Source: Microthyrium microscopicum (lineage: Eukaryota). From it: a stretch of DNA of 64,000 nt. This document shows, piece after piece, positions 1-15,200 of this stretch. Numbering within the stretch: the first letter of the stretch is position 1; each line of letters opens with the position of its first letter. The position numbers and the translations under genes are program-made. Under the pieces are notes generated by a model. The model worked only from the letters and a program-made list of their open reading frames with translations. It was not told the origin of the DNA and did not search any database. The DNA lies in NCBI GenBank assembly GCA_010405405.1, contig MU004241.1:620001-684000 (forward strand), written 5' to 3'.

Positions 1-869
1 ACTACTAAAAAATACCCTTAATTAAAGTAATTATACGCTTACTCTATTTATTTAGCTTATATTATCTTATAATAGACCTATACTACTAAAATATAAAGTT
101 AGAGTTTATAAAGTTAATAGTAATATTATTACTTCTTAAGATACTTAAGTAAGGCTTTATAACTAACTTTAACTAGCTTTGCTACCTATATTCTAATTAA
201 CCTATCTAGGATAGTAATTATAGTAATATTAAACTACTAAACTTCTTTATTAGTATAGGAGCTATATTTAGTATAAAAGTAATACTTTTAACTTAATATA
301 TATTATTATAAAGGAAAGCTACTACTACCTAGCTTCTCTAAAGAATACTATATTTAGAGGCTATTATTACTATATATAGCTACGTTACCTTTTTTTACTT
401 ATACTTCTAAAATACCCTAGAAGTCTAGGAACGTTTAAAAAAGTACTTTAAGTATTTACTACTTAGTATCCTTTATTCTTTATAAGGTCTACTTTATATA
501 AGAAAAGGTTAGAAATATTATAGTAATACTTAGTATATTACTCTACCTCTATTACTATAAAAGTTATCTCTATAGCTACTATCTTAACCCTTCTATATCT
601 TTACCTTAACTACTATAAAACTTATCTTTATTGCTATTACCTTCTTCTTTATTATTATCTTAACTACTATAGAATTTACCTCTACTATATATTTTATATA
701 TTTTAAAGCCTTTAATATTTTAGTTAGCTTTATAAATAAAGTAGTAAGATTATATTAAAGTTTAGAAGTAATAAAAAAAAAAGAGATAGAAATAAAAAAT
801 ATAGTTAGGCTATTATTAAAGCTACTAAGTAAATACTAAAGGAAGCATAATTAATAATAATAATAATTA

Positions 870-1125
870 CTATCTCCTTCTTTATTAAACTTACTTCTAT
901 ATTAATTACTATAGAATTTACCTCTATAGTTGCTACCTTCTTTTCTATTAAACCTACTTCTACCTTAACTATTATAGAATTTACCTCTATAGCTATTATC
1001 TCTTTCTCTATTAAATCTACCTCTATCTTAACTACTATAGAATTTACCTCTATAGTTACTACCTTCTTCTCTATTAAATCTACCTTTACCTTAACTACTA
1101 TAAAATTTACCTTTATAGCTATTAT
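870..1125. repeat. ~63-bp tandem repeat (about 4 copies; degenerate copies at 540-690)
   Basis: Unit TAACTACTATAGAATTTACCTCTATAGCTACTACCTTCTTCTCTATTAAATCTACCTCTACCT recurs near 903, 966, 1029 and 1092, differing mainly by transitions. Confidence 0.85.
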
Positions 1126-2587
1126 AATTACTATAGTAAGACATAAAGAGCTTATTAAGTTAAAGAATATAAAAATTAAAGTAATAAGAAAATAAACCCT
1201 AAGTAAAGATTATTCTTAACTATATTAAAATAGTAAGTATCTAAAGATTTAATAGTTACTAAAGTAGTTACTAAGATATAATAATCTTTCCTTCTTAGTT
1301 AAGATAGTACTCTTTCTAAATTTTTCTTTTAGCTTTAACTTAATTTAATTTCTTCTCTCTTTCTTTACTTTACTTTCTACTTAGCCTAAGTATAAGGAAA
1401 ACGCCTATTAAAGTTATTTTAATAGCTTTTATATAGCATAATACTAAAGTACTACTATACCTAAAAAAGTACGTTTCTTTATAACTACCTAAGACTTTAA
1501 ATCTTACGTATAAAGTAAAAAAAACTCTATTTTTTTATATTATAGATACTTTTTATATAAGAAATAAAAAAGATTAATAGCTAAGCATAAATAGCTTATT
1601 TTCCTTCTTTACTTTACTTTCTATACTTATTTAGTTCCTTTAAATTAATTATATAAGACGTATATCTACTTTATAGTCTTTTTCTTTATAATAAATATAA
1701 TAGATAGAGTTCTAAGTAACTCTTACCTTCTTAAATTAGTAATAGACTATATATATTTATATACTTATTTACTATAAGAATATAAAGAAGTTATAAAGCT
1801 CTATCCTATTTACTATTTAGTTAATATTATACTATTATATATAGTAAAACTACTTTCTATAGACTTATATTTATTAAGATATAGAAGTAGCTATATAGTT
1901 TTATATAAGTAGATACTATTTCTTACCTATATATACTTAATAAATAGTTTTAGTTATATATAGTATATAAATAATATATATATAAATATTTAGTATAGCT
2001 ATATAACTTTTATACTATTAGAGTTATAAATATTAAGTAGTTTAGTAATATATTTACTACTAGTAAATAGAAAGAAGCGTTTTAAGTATATCTTCCTAGA
2101 TTAAAAGTTAACTAAGTAAGTTTACTATTTTTAGACTATAGTTAACTTAATAAAGTAGTTAAGAATATAGATTCCTAATACTAGGAAGTACTTACTAATA
2201 AGATAGTCTCTTCTAGGCAAACTAAGCAAAATATTTAACTAACTCTATATTATATTATAAAAGAAAAGTAAATAGCTTATCTTAAAAGAATTCTTTATTA
2301 GGCTAGTAAATTATAATAAAATTATAAAGAGCTAAGAGATTACCTTTAGCTACTACTCTTTATAATAAATATCTTAATAGCTATTTAGTTTATATTAATT
2401 AAAATAGTATCTAACGCTAGCTATAATAATTAGCTAATCTTTCTTTAACCTCTTAATATATTCTTTAATTACTTTTACTAATCTAACGTAAACATAGCTA
2501 TAATTAAACTATAAAAAGTTTTTCTATTTATTAGAGCTAATTTATAATAGCTTTATCTTAATAGTAGCTTATTAGTTCTCTAAAGAT

Positions 2588-3313
2588 ACTATACTAGTAC
2601 TTAACTTATAACTTCTTATATATTAGTTAATATTAATATTAGTAAGGTAGCTTTTTATCTTAGTAGGTTACTATTTAAGCTTATAATATCTTATTAGGGT
2701 AATTATAGTACTACTAATATATATAGATTAGCTTAGTTCTTATTTTGTATTTATATAAAACTAACCTATCTAAAAGAGTAAAAGAATAAAGCTAGCTAAA
2801 TAGTTATGTAAGTAAAGAATATATATAGCTTAATTAATATTAATAATAGCTGCTCCTTTAATAAGAAGTTACTACCTAACCCTAATCTTATACTTAAAGA
2901 ACTAATATAAAGTTTCTATATTTAGTATAAGCTATAATTACCTACTATCTATACTAGTACTTAACTTATAACTTCTTATATATTAATTAATATTAATATT
3001 AGTAAAGTAGCTTTCTACCTTAGTAAGCTACTACCTAAGCTTATAATATCCTATTAGGGTAATTATAGTACTATTAATATATATAGATTAACTTAATTCT
3101 TATTTTATATTTATATAAAACTAACCTATCTAAAAAAGTAAAAGAATAAAGCTAGCTAAGTAGTTATATAAGTAAAAGGTATATATAGCTTAGCTAACGT
3201 TAATAATAGTTACTTCTTTAATAAGAAGTTACTACCTAACCCTAATCTTATACTTAAGAAACTAACGTAAAGTTTCTATATTTAGTATAAGTTATAATTA
3301 TCTACTATCTATA
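2588..3313. repeat. 360-bp direct tandem duplication
   Basis: 2588-2950 aligns to 2948-3313 at an exact 360-bp offset (e.g. lines 2641 vs 3001). Differences are mainly C/T and G/A. Confidence 0.9.
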
Positions 3314-3699
3314 AATTATTATTCTTATCTAGTAATCTATTAATAACTAGCTATCCTAGCTTTATTATATTTATAATAAGAGCCTAAATGTTTTAGTAGA
3401 AGCCTATCTTCTTATTTTTAAGAGTATACTTAATAGCTATAATTTCTTTATATACTTATAAAAGCTAGCTAGGTTAAGGATATTAGGAAGCTATCTAATT
3501 ACTAAGTTGTCTTTTGTTATTACTTACCTAAGCTTCTAAAGTACTAACTACTATATTTACTATAAGAATATTTAAAGGCTATAATCTTACTACTAAAACT
3601 TTAGGTAATAATACTAAAAATAAGTCTAGTACCTAAATAATTTTAATTATATTAAAGTTAAGGTAAATATAATTATTATTACTATAAATAACTACTCTA

Positions 3700-6600
3700 A
3701 GCATTTAATCTATTTACTTATAAATAAAGTTAAAGTAGTCCTTAATTACTTCTTTAATAAGTTAGGAGTATAAACGTATTTATTAACGTAATTACTTAAT
3801 TTTATATTTTAACTTTATAGGAGCGTACGCTAAATACTTAAAAAGAAAGTAAAGTTAATAAGAGATAGACTTAATAGTAAAGAATATAGAATATATAAAC
3901 TCTTTAACTACTCTAGTTAATAAACTAACCTTTATAGTTCTTAACTTAAAAGGTATAACCTATAGGTATATAAGATTTATTAGTAATTAGCTAATATATA
4001 TTCTAGAAGTATTACTTACTAATAAATACTTTAGAATCTTAAAATTCTTTAATTACTTTATTACTAAAACTAGTACCTAGCTTATAAGAATCCCTTATAA
4101 TACTATAATTAAACTACTTTTAATACGTTAGTAGGTTAATAACTCTAATATTATTAAATATTCTACTCTTCTTTATAAAAGCTTCTCTATTACCTAATTT
4201 ATTTATTAGCTTTAGACTAGGAAAATACTTACTACTATAATATAAGCTTTTCTACCTTAATAATTAGTATACTTTTATTAACTTAAGGATAGCTACTTTT
4301 CTTAATAATGTTTATTAGATTACTAAATCCTTACTAATATAAGAATTATAAAGATACTAAACTTTTAATCTTAACTTCGTATAGCGTTCTTTAACTATAT
4401 TTATTATAAAAGAACCCCTTTCTTTATCCTAAAAGAAGAGCCTATATAGGACGCTATTAAAATATCTAAGGAAATATTTAAAAAAATCTAGTCTATTTAC
4501 TATTACTCTTATTATTATAATTAACTAATATACTACTAAAGGTACTATTATCTTACCTACTCTTAATATCGTTACTACTTTATTTAGGTACTAGATATAT
4601 CTAGATATAATAAAGGTTACTAGTAAGCAACATTTCTATACGTAGTAATAACCCCTAAATAACTATTATTACTCTAAGTATCTAATCTACCTACTTATAA
4701 ACAAAGCTTAAGGTAGTCCTTAGCTACTTCTTTAACTAGTTAGGAGTATAAATATATTTATTAACGTAATTACTTAATTTAACTATAAAAGTAATATACT
4801 ACTTACTTAGTAAGGTATAAGATATAGAAATAGCGCTATTTTAACTAGGAAGGAAAGGTTATTACTTCTTAGTAACTACTTTAGTAATTACTAAGTCCTT
4901 AAATATAACCCTAGCTTTGTATAGTATTCTTTAACTATATCTATTATAAGGAAACCCCTTTTATTATCTTAGAAGAAGAGCTTATATAGGACGCTACTAA
5001 AACGACTAAGGAAATATTTACTTACTTAATACCTTTACTATATTACTTAAGTATTCTTACCTAGTTTAATAGCTATGTAATAGTACCTTTATTAGACTAA
5101 AAATAGTAGATAAATTTTTAACTTTACTAGTTATATAAAGGAGCAAGTAGCACTATATAATTAAAATAATAACTAAGCTGCTTTTAGCTTAATTTATATA
5201 CTATTTACTATTACTTTTATTATTATAATTAACTAATATACTACTAAAGGTACTATTACCTTACTTACTCTTAATATTATTACTACTTTATCTAAGTACT
5301 AAATATATCTAGACATAATAGAAGTTACTAATAAGTAACGTTTCTATACGTAGTAATAATCCTTAAATAATTATTATTACTCTAAGTATTTAATCTACCT
5401 ACTTATAGATAAAGCTTAAGGTAGTCTTTCCTTTACTATATTACTTAAATATCCTTACCTAGTTTAATAGCTTATTAAAAGTATTTATAAAGGCTTATAG
5501 TATATTAAATATTTCTTCTTATTATTAAGTAAAATTATACTAGAAATATATTCTATCTAGTAAATTCTTTAGACTTTAAATCTAATACGTATATAAACTA
5601 CTAAAGTTAAAAACGCTACTAGAAGCTTCTTAAGTCTAGCTTAATAAACTATATAATAGTACTAAATATAGAAATTTTTAAAGGAAACTTTCTTATTCTT
5701 ATAAGAAAGATAATTTAAGAAAAAAAGAAGTTAATAGCGTTCTTTAAGTAGTATAGGGTAGAAAAAACTTCTTTAGTATATTATAATTAATTTTTAATAT
5801 TAATCTCTATTAGATTAGGAATAGTAAATAAATCTCTAACTTTGCTAGTTATATAAAGAAATAAGTAGTACTATATAATTAAAATAATAACTAGGCTACT
5901 TCTAGCTTAATTTATATACTACTTACTATTACTCTTATTATTATAATTAACTAATATACTACTAAAGGTGCTATTACCTTATCTACTCTTAATATTATTA
6001 TTACTTTATCTAGGTACTAAATATATCTAAATATAATAGAGATTACTAGTAAGTAATATTTCTATATATAGTAATAACCCCTAGATAATATATAGTATTA
6101 AGGATTATAAAGCTTTATATAGAATTTTTAGAGTATACTATAGGCGTAATTAGATATACTAAATAGATTTACTACTATAGGTATTAATTATTACTCTAAG
6201 TATCTAATCTACTTATTTATAGATAAAGCTTAAAGTAGTCTTTCCTCTACTATATTACTTAAGTATCCTTATCTAGTTTAATAGCTATATAATAATACTA
6301 GATATAGAAATTTTTAAAGAAAACTCTCTTATTTTTATAAGAAAAATAATTTAAGAAAGAAAAAAGTTAATAGTATCCTTTAAGTAGCATAAAGTAAGAA
6401 AGACTTTTTTAGTATATTATAACTAGTCTTTAATATTAATCTTTATTAGATTAAAAATAGTAGATAAATCTTTAACTCTACTAATTACGTAAAGGAGTAA
6501 GTAGTACTATATAATTAAAATAATAACTAGGCTACTTATAGTTTAGTAAGAGTAATATCTTATCTTTAGTATAGTAAGCACGTAAGACTTTATTATAAAG

Positions 6601-7600
6601 GATTATGTAGTATATAGAATAAGTAGTGCCTTAAAGTATAGAGTAGAGTTAAAGATAAAAGTCCTAAGTATAGATATTAGTAATACTATAATTAATAATA
6701 GTACTAAGGTAATAGTTACTATTATAGTCTATATCTTAAAGACTAGTAGAATAAAAGTAAATATAATAGCGCTTTATAATAATAAGGAGCGTTATATATA
6801 AACTTAGCTTAATTTATATACTACTTACTATTACTCTTATTATTATAGTTAACTAATATACTATTAAAGGTGTTATTACTTTACTTTACTTTGCTTACTC
6901 TTAATATTATTACTACTTTATCTAGGTACTAGATATATCTAGATATAATAAAAGTTATTAGTAAGCAACGTTCCTATACGTAGTAATAACCTCTAGATAA
7001 CTATTATTACTCTAAGTATCTAATCTACCTACCTATAGATAAAGCTTAAGGTAGTCCTTAGCTACTTTTTTAACTAGTTAGGAGTATAGATATATTTATT
7101 AACGTAATTACTTAATTTAATTATAAAAGTAATATATAGCTTACTTAGTAGGGCGTAAAATATAAGAATAGTACTATCTTAACTAAAAAAAAAAGGTTAT
7201 TACTCCTTAGTAACTACTTATAGTAGTAATTACTAAGTTCTTAAATACCTTCTTAGTTAGCTATAATAAATATAAGAAATATATCTTTCTATTAGGTCTA
7301 GAAGATAAAAGCTTAGTTATATATCCTACTTATAACCTACTAGAATTAGAATAATAATATTAAAGGCTAATTAAAACGTTTAGAAAGGATAGACTATAAA
7401 GGTAATATATAGCTTACTTAGGACGTAAGATATAGAAATAATAATATCTTAACTAGTTAGAAAAGGCTATTATGCCTTAATAGCTAGTTATATAGTAATC
7501 TTTAATCTCTTTTCCTAAAAATTATATCTTCTACCTAAAGATTATAACTATTTTATCTAGGTACTAGATATATTTAGATACTAATATCTAGATATATCTA
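3700..7600. repeat. mosaic of shuffled, reiterated modules (RIP-degraded)
   Basis: A ~220-bp module (ACTATTACTCTTATTATTATAATTAACTAATATACTACTAAAGG...AAAGCTTAAGGTAGTC) occurs at ~4495, ~5200, ~5920 and ~6826. Other modules repeat at 3725/4703/7041, 4380/4920 and 5660/6295. Confidence 0.8.
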
Positions 7601-7715
7601 GATATATTTAGATATATCTAGATATATAAAAAATTACTAGTAAGCGTTATTTATATTCTATTATACGTAGCTCTAGCTATAATAAATTTACTTAAGTATA
7701 GTATAAGCTATACTT

Positions 7716-8270
7716 AAATAACTATAATATATTTAATAAGTTTAAAATATTTTAAATAGTTTTATAATATTTCTAATAAAGTATATAATATTTTATACGT
7801 ATTTAATATCTTTATAATAAGTTTAAAATAACTATAATATACCTAATAAGTTTAAAATATTTTAAATAGTTTTATAATATTTCTAATAAAGTATATATTA
7901 TCTTATATATATCTAATATTTTTATAACAAGTTTTAAATAACTATAATATACCTAATAAGTTTAAAATATTTTAAATAGTTTTATAATATTTCTAATAAA
8001 GTATATATTATCTTATATATATCTAATATTCTTATAATAAGTTTTAAATAACTATAATGTACCTAATAAGTTTAAAATATTTTAAATAGTTTTATAATAT
8101 TTTTAATAAAGTATATATTATCTTATATATATCTAATGTTTTTATAATAAGTTTAAAATAACTACAATATACCTAATAAGTTTAAAATATTTTAAATACT
8201 TTTAAAATATTTTTAATAAAGTATATAGTTATCTTATACGTATCTAATATCTTTATAATAAGTTAAATAT
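7716..8270. repeat. 110-bp tandem array, 5 copies
   Basis: ACTATAATATACCTAATAAGTTTAAAATATTTTAAATAG... starts at 7721, 7831, 7941, 8051 and 8161. Confidence 0.92.
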
Positions 8271-8339
8271 AACTTTTCTAGTATAATACGTAGTCCAATT
8301 TACAATGTATAATAATTTTTTCATAATATAGGAGATGTT

Positions 8340-8753
8340 ATAGCCTTAAGTAATTAAGTAATAAATAAGTCCTAAAAAGGAAACTAGTAATAAGGATAGT
8401 ATTAAGGATTAAGATCTTAGTACGTAGCGTAAAATCTATATAATATATAGTATACTTAAGCTACATAGAGCTCCTAGTAGTTAGTAACTATTAATTACTT
8501 ACTATATTAACCTACTAACTAGAATTCCTTTAGTAAGCTTTATAGTTTATAAAGAGATAATGTAAGTCCTTTCATTTAGAAGCAATAGACTAAGAGGGTG
8601 TTACAATAATACTAGAATAAGGCTACTAGAAGGCGACTAAAGGAACACTATAGGTTTCCCTATAAGGGTTTTTCTAAAAGTAAGAGTAGTGTCTATATAG
8701 CCCATTAGCGTAGCTAAAAGATAATAAACAAGATTTAAAAAAAAAAAAAAAAA
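8340..8753 (+). mobile_element. probable 3' end of a 5'-truncated LINE (Tad1-like)
   Basis: Less RIP-altered segment ending in AATAAAC followed by an A-run at ~8737-8753, abutting Gypsy RT sequence. Confidence 0.4.
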
Positions 8754-8980
8754 TAAAGCTTATATTTATAAAGTCTTTAAATAGCTATAAAAAGTAAGAC
8801 TCTACTTTAATATTTAGAAGTATAAATTTATAACTACTTAGATAATATACTTAGGTTATATTATTAAGGCTAGATAAGGAATCTTAATAGACCTAGCTAA
8901 AGTTAAAGTAATTTAAGAATAAGAAGCTTCTAAGAATATTTATAGAATTTAAGCTTTCCTTAGCTTTACTAATTTCTATT

Positions 8981-9202
8981 TATAAGGAATCCTTATAGGT
9001 TTAGTGTTTTAGTGTTAGATCTAGAGATCTAATTCTATAAATAAGATCTCTTTATCCCGTTTAGGGTTAGTGTATCTAAGGATCCCTTAGGCCCTATATC
9101 TTTATATTTATAGCTCTATCTCTAGATCTCTTCTCTTTATATATAGATCCTATAATACTAGCTATATTCTGCTTACTTAATTACGTTTAATAGCTTTTTA
9201 TA
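8981..9202 (+). repeat. 5' LTR of nested Gypsy element
   Basis: TATAAGG...TTTTATA (RIPed TGTAAGG...CCTTACA); colinear with 16419-16640. Confidence 0.92.
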
Positions 9203-12200
9203 TAATCTACGTACCTTTATATTAAAAAATAATTCTACGTATTTATTACGTATTACTAAATTATTGTTAGCTAAAGTTATATTTAAATCCACTAAACGAT
9301 AATAATAAATTAGTAGTACTATCCTTAGTTAGGATTAGCGCTATTTAGACCCTTATAGAAAGTACTAGTAAAGTTATAAATATTTAATTAAATAAGTGCC
9401 TTTTTAGCATCGTTTACTAAAATAAAGAGTATAAAGTAGTTAAAGCGTTTACCCTACTATGTTTTTTTATTAACGATTTATAGAGGCGTTTTTATATTTT
9501 CTCTACTTACTATCTACTTATATATACTTTATTTCTTATCTAAAAATATTTATTATTTTATTAGATTAATTCTAATAATAATAGAAATAATATTATTATA
9601 GATTATTAGAACGACTAGCGTGTTAATTATAGTACACTACCTTATTCTCTTTACTTTAAACATAAGCGTTTATAATCTTATTTATTAGAGCGTTTCTTAT
9701 TTCTCTATAACTTATATAGACGTTTCTTAAAGGCTACATTAGTCGTATTAGATATAAAAGTTAATTAGATATTAACCTTATAGTTAACTCTTTAATATAA
9801 ACTACTTAGGGTTTAAGATACTATTAAACTTTTTCTAATACTTAAAAAAGATAAAAGACTTTTTAATAATAAAGATACTAAATTCTTACGTTAGAATACT
9901 ATAAATATTTAGGAAGTAGAGAAAGCTTTTAAAGTAATACTTATCATAGCGTTAATAAAAGAGCTAAAATTAAAGAAAAAGATATTAACCTTTAGTACTA
10001 CTTAGATTATTAGCCTTTTCGTAGTAAAAGTAATTAAAAGGAAAGAACGTATAGTAAAAGTATTAAATAATAGTAAAGTATATCTTTTAAAAGATATATA
10101 ACTTTAGTTAAATTTACTACTTAGTTAACTTAACTCTCTAAATATCTTTTTAGGATTCCTTTCCTATTTACTTATTATACTTATAGATTTAAACTATAAT
10201 ATTGCTTTATTAGTAGTAAATAAGTCTTTATTTATATAGGCTTTATATAGTATTAGACTAAAATAGAGAAAATAAGTATTAGTAATTTATTAAGATAAAG
10301 TAGACTTATTAAACCTAGTATAGAATTAATACCTTATTATTAAAAGAGGTAATTTCTTATACTATTATATTAAATTTAGCTACCTTAAAGATTTCTTTAA
10401 ATAACTTTATACTATACTAGTAATATTATAAACTATAGCTCTTTATTATTAGTCTTTAAGATTAGTATAGAATACTATTATAAAGAATCTCTTAGAATTA
10501 AACTTTAATATAACTTATTTTAAGAAGTTATTTAAAACCTTATAAAATAAAGCTATAGATTAGTAACATTTAATAAAGGATATTTAAGTCTATATTAACT
10601 AGTTATAATATAATTATGCTATTAAATTAAATATAATATATTAGTCTAAATAATAGGCTATTATAAAGCTAGAGACTAAATAAGCTACTAACCTTTAATA
10701 TTAAGAGTTAGTTAACTTACTATGTACTAAAATTACTAAACTAGAAGGATAGCTATAAATAGTATTAATTATAGTACTATTTCTCTATATTAATTATAAA
10801 GATTTAGAAGATAATATTATTTTAAATTATTATATATTAAATTTTATATATTTAGTAGTATTAAGTAATATTTAACTTATAGGTATATAATATCTAACTT
10901 TATTATTAACTATTATAAGCGTAGTAGGTAATCATCTTTATTTTAAGGAACTTAGTAACTTTATTAGAATTAATATAATTAAGTATAAGATATAGAAGAA
11001 GAAGATACTTAATATTTTGCTTAATAATAAAATATATTTATATATCTTAATAAAAAAGAAAAAAATTAAGTTTATTTACTAATGCTTTATTAGTACTACT
11101 TATAACCTTATTATTATTTAAAGAGGTAAAGAATTAAAGAATCTATATAAGTATATAAATAAGATATAGACTAATCTAGATAGCTACTTCTATTCTAAAA
11201 ACGATTTTAAGAATACTAAAGCTTAGTTAAAGTTACTTAAAGTTAAGATAAAAGATTCTAAGACTTTTTAAGAGTTTCTAAGATAATTTAAAGCTAACTC
11301 TATAGATATAGAATTTAATAAATATAAGAAAATTTTTAAACTTAAAGATCTAATCTTAAAAAAGTTTATAAATCTTTTAGTAGCTTATAATATTAAAGAC
11401 TTTGCTACCTTTTATATTTAATTTTATAACGTTAGTTATTATATTAACTATAAACTAAATACTAATATAAATCTAAATAATAGTAACCCGCGTTAGAATA
11501 ACTTATATTAGGAAAATAATTAATCTTCTAATTAAGAAAATAATACTAACGCTAAAAATAATAATATTTCTTAATCCTTAGATATATTCTAAGTATTAAA
11601 GGCTAAGAAACGTTGTATTTATTATAATAAAAAAGGATATTATACTAATATTAAGAACTTACCTTATAAGGGTTAAGAGCTATTATCTAATTAGAAGATT
11701 AAAGCTAAGGTTGTTTAACTAGTTATAGTATTTATATATATATATTAAGATTAATAGCTCTTCGTTAAGAAAGCTTAAGATAAAGATAATTACTATTTAT
11801 TAAACTAGATGCTTCTTTACTAAGCTATAAGGAAAAGTTAAATAAGAATAAAGTGTAAAATAAATAAAAGAAACGTTAAGATAACTAACTTAATGCCTAA
11901 TTGCCTAATATTAAAATTAATAAGTAAAAAGCTAAGAAGATCTTTCGTAAGAATAAAGAGGTTATTATTAAATATTTATATTATTATATTAAGTACCTTA
12001 AATACAAAGAAGTAGTCTATAAGGGCTATATTATACTAGTATACTTTTAAGCTATTTATATATTACTAGCTTCTATTATATTTATAATATAGCTAAAGGA
12101 TATTAAAAAGAAAGACCCTATCGTTAGATTTTAGTAAACTATAGTAGAGTAAGTTTACGTCTTATATAGTAAAGCGTATTTTAATATAGGTATTCTAATT

Positions 12201-15200
12201 AATATAAGTAGTAGTACTATAGGTATTATTAATCCTTACTATTTAAGATAATATAATATACTAATATTTAACCTTACTTAACCTTAAATTATTAAGCTTA
12301 CTAATAGTAAGTCTATTTCTATAGTTAATAAGGCTACTCTTATTAATATTTATATTAGCTACTACGTTAAATAGCTTAGTTATTTTATTATAGAAGTTAC
12401 CTTACATAACTTAATATTAGGAGTGCTTTAGATAGACTAATATAAAGTTAATCTCTATAGGAGATTAAGAACTTTAACCTTTAGTAGTATACAATATATT
12501 ACTAATTATATTATATTACGTTACTTAATATCTATAGATCTAAAAGGACATATAATTAACCTTTCTTTTTTTAACGATATAAATATTACGTTTATATTTA
12601 TTATAATATTTAAGAAGCTTTTAAAACGTAAAGATGCTATTATTAACGCTTTTTAGTTAGAAGATTTTAAAAAGATGAAAAACGATAGAATAATAGATAA
12701 GGATAATAATAACGAAGAAGTAATAAATCTTTCTACTTATATTATCTCTAAAGAGGATTATATTAAATAGTAGAATAAGTAGGATAGCCTATATATATTA
12801 TAAGAGGAAATATTAAAGCTTATTTTAGAGGAGTTTTAATAATACTTTAAGGTTTTTAACCTAAAACGAGCTAATACTCTTATATTATATTAAGGTAAAT
12901 TTAATTATATTATTAATCTTATCTTAGATATAAAAATACTAAAACGTTATTCTATCTTAATATCTTTAAAGTAAGTATTAATAGTAAAGTAGTATATAAA
13001 ATAATTATTAGTATATAGGTTTATAGGGCCTTTTAAGTCTTAATATACTATACTAATACTTTATATTAGTAAGCTAGATAGAGGTATTAGAATTTATATT
13101 AATTATTATAAACTTAATAAAATTACTATTAAGAATAGTAATATTTCTCCTTTTATTAATAAAATACTTACGTATTTAATATATATAAAGTTTTACTTAA
13201 AATTTAACGTTATTATAGCATTTAAATAAATTTAGATTAAACTTAGAGATAAGTATAAAATAGCCTTTCTTACTTAATATAGCCTCTTTAAATTTAACGT
13301 CCTTTCTTTTAGTCTTATAGAGAGGCTAGAAACATTTTAATCTTATATTAATTATGTATTAATGTAATTTCTTAATAATTTTATTATTATTTACCTTAAT
13401 AATATTTTAGTCTTTAGTAAGATATTAGAGGAATATAATATATATATTTATCTTATTTTAGATATATTAGAACGTATAGGTTTATTCTTAGATATTAAGA
13501 AGTCTAAATTTTGCGTTTAGGAAGTTAAATACCTTAGTCTAATTATTATTATTAAGGGTATTAAAATGGATTCTACTAAGGTTTAGGTAATACTAGAATA
13601 GGAATAACTAGCGTACTTAAAAGACGTTTAGGCATTCTTTAGATTTACTAATTTCTATTATTGCTTTATATTTAGCTACTTAGCTATAGTGGCGCTATTA
13701 ACTAATCTTATAAGAAAAGACGCTATTATAGTCTTTTTATAAAATCTAGAGAAGCTAGAGGAAAGAGTATTTAAAGCTCTTAAAGAAGCTTTTACTTTTA
13801 TTCCTATCTTTATTTACTTTAACTATAATAAGGAAACTTAAGTAGAAATAGATACTTTAGATTAAGCATATATAGTAGTACTATTATAAAAAGACGTTAA
13901 TAGAGATCTTAAACTTATTACGTTTCTATTTAAGAAGATAATACTTATAGAATATAATTATAATATCTATAATAAGAAGCTATTAGCTATTATCTAAGCT
14001 TTTAAAGAATAGGAACTTAAGCTCTTTAGTACGGAAGATATTATTAAGGTCTTTTTAGATTATTAAAATCTTTAGATATTTATAAAAATAAAGAAGCTTA
14101 CTTACTATTAAATATAATAGGCTAAATTCTTATTATAATTCTACTTCTTTATTAAATATTACTTAGGAATAGCTAATAATAAAGCTAACGCTCTTATAAG
14201 ACGTTTTTAAGATCTTCTCTAAAGTAATAATAATTTATAGATTACTTAGTAATATTAACTACTTTTATTTCTCTACTAATTTAGTATAAAAAAAGTAATT
14301 AAACTTGCTATAATTCTTATTAACCTTATTACCTTATTTCTTTTATAAGTAGCTATAATTATAATAGATAAGTTAGATATTACTATAATAGAGAAATTAT
14401 ATTTAGAACCTATTATAGAAAGCCTTTAAAATAAGGCTTTAGCTAGTTTAGATAATTTTCTACTAGTTAATAAGGAATCCTTAAACTTTACTCTAAAATA
14501 GTTCTTAAAAGAGGTAATAAAAGTAAGTAAGGTTAATAAGCTATTAATTATAATTTAACTAGCTAAAGTATAAAAAGACTACTTTCTACCTTTTAATATC
14601 CTTAACTAAAAGTATATTAAGTTAATAAACTATAAAGCTATACTAGATAGCATAGTATTTTATTAATAAAAGCTCTTTATTTTTATTGCCTATTTATATT
14701 ATAAAGCTATAAAGTAGGCTTATTAATATAAGATAATAGAGTATAGAAAAGTTATAATAATATATTATTATTTATAATAAAACTACTAGTAGCTATATAT
14801 ATTAAAGTTAGTAAAGACTTTTATTAAGAGCTATTACTATATCTTTACTAAACCTATACGTTAAAAGAAATAAAGTTTATTAAGATTCTTTCTACTACTA
14901 GATTATGCTTAGTTAAATATTTCTATTAACTTTATTATCTTCTTACTAAAATATATATATTAAGGAATTATCTATTATTATATTATAGTTATAGTTAATT
15001 ACCTTATATAATCTTAGAGATTTATTACTTTTCTTAATCTATTAGTTAAAATAATAGTTATTATATTTATTAACTATATTTAGAAGCTTTATAGTTAGCT
15101 AGATTTTATTCTATTAGATAAAGGAATCTAGTTTATATTAGTATTTTGGAGCTACCTTTATAAGCGTATTAGCGTTACTTTAAGACTAAGTATAGCTTAG

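Noticed and set aside
7716..8270. Regular repeat array as CRISPR
   Set aside because: Whole 110-bp units repeat with no unique spacers; eukaryotic RIPed DNA with no cas genes.
9061..9070. TTAGGGTTAG as telomeric repeat
   Set aside because: Fewer than two units, inside an LTR; the sister LTR reads TTAGAGTTAG.
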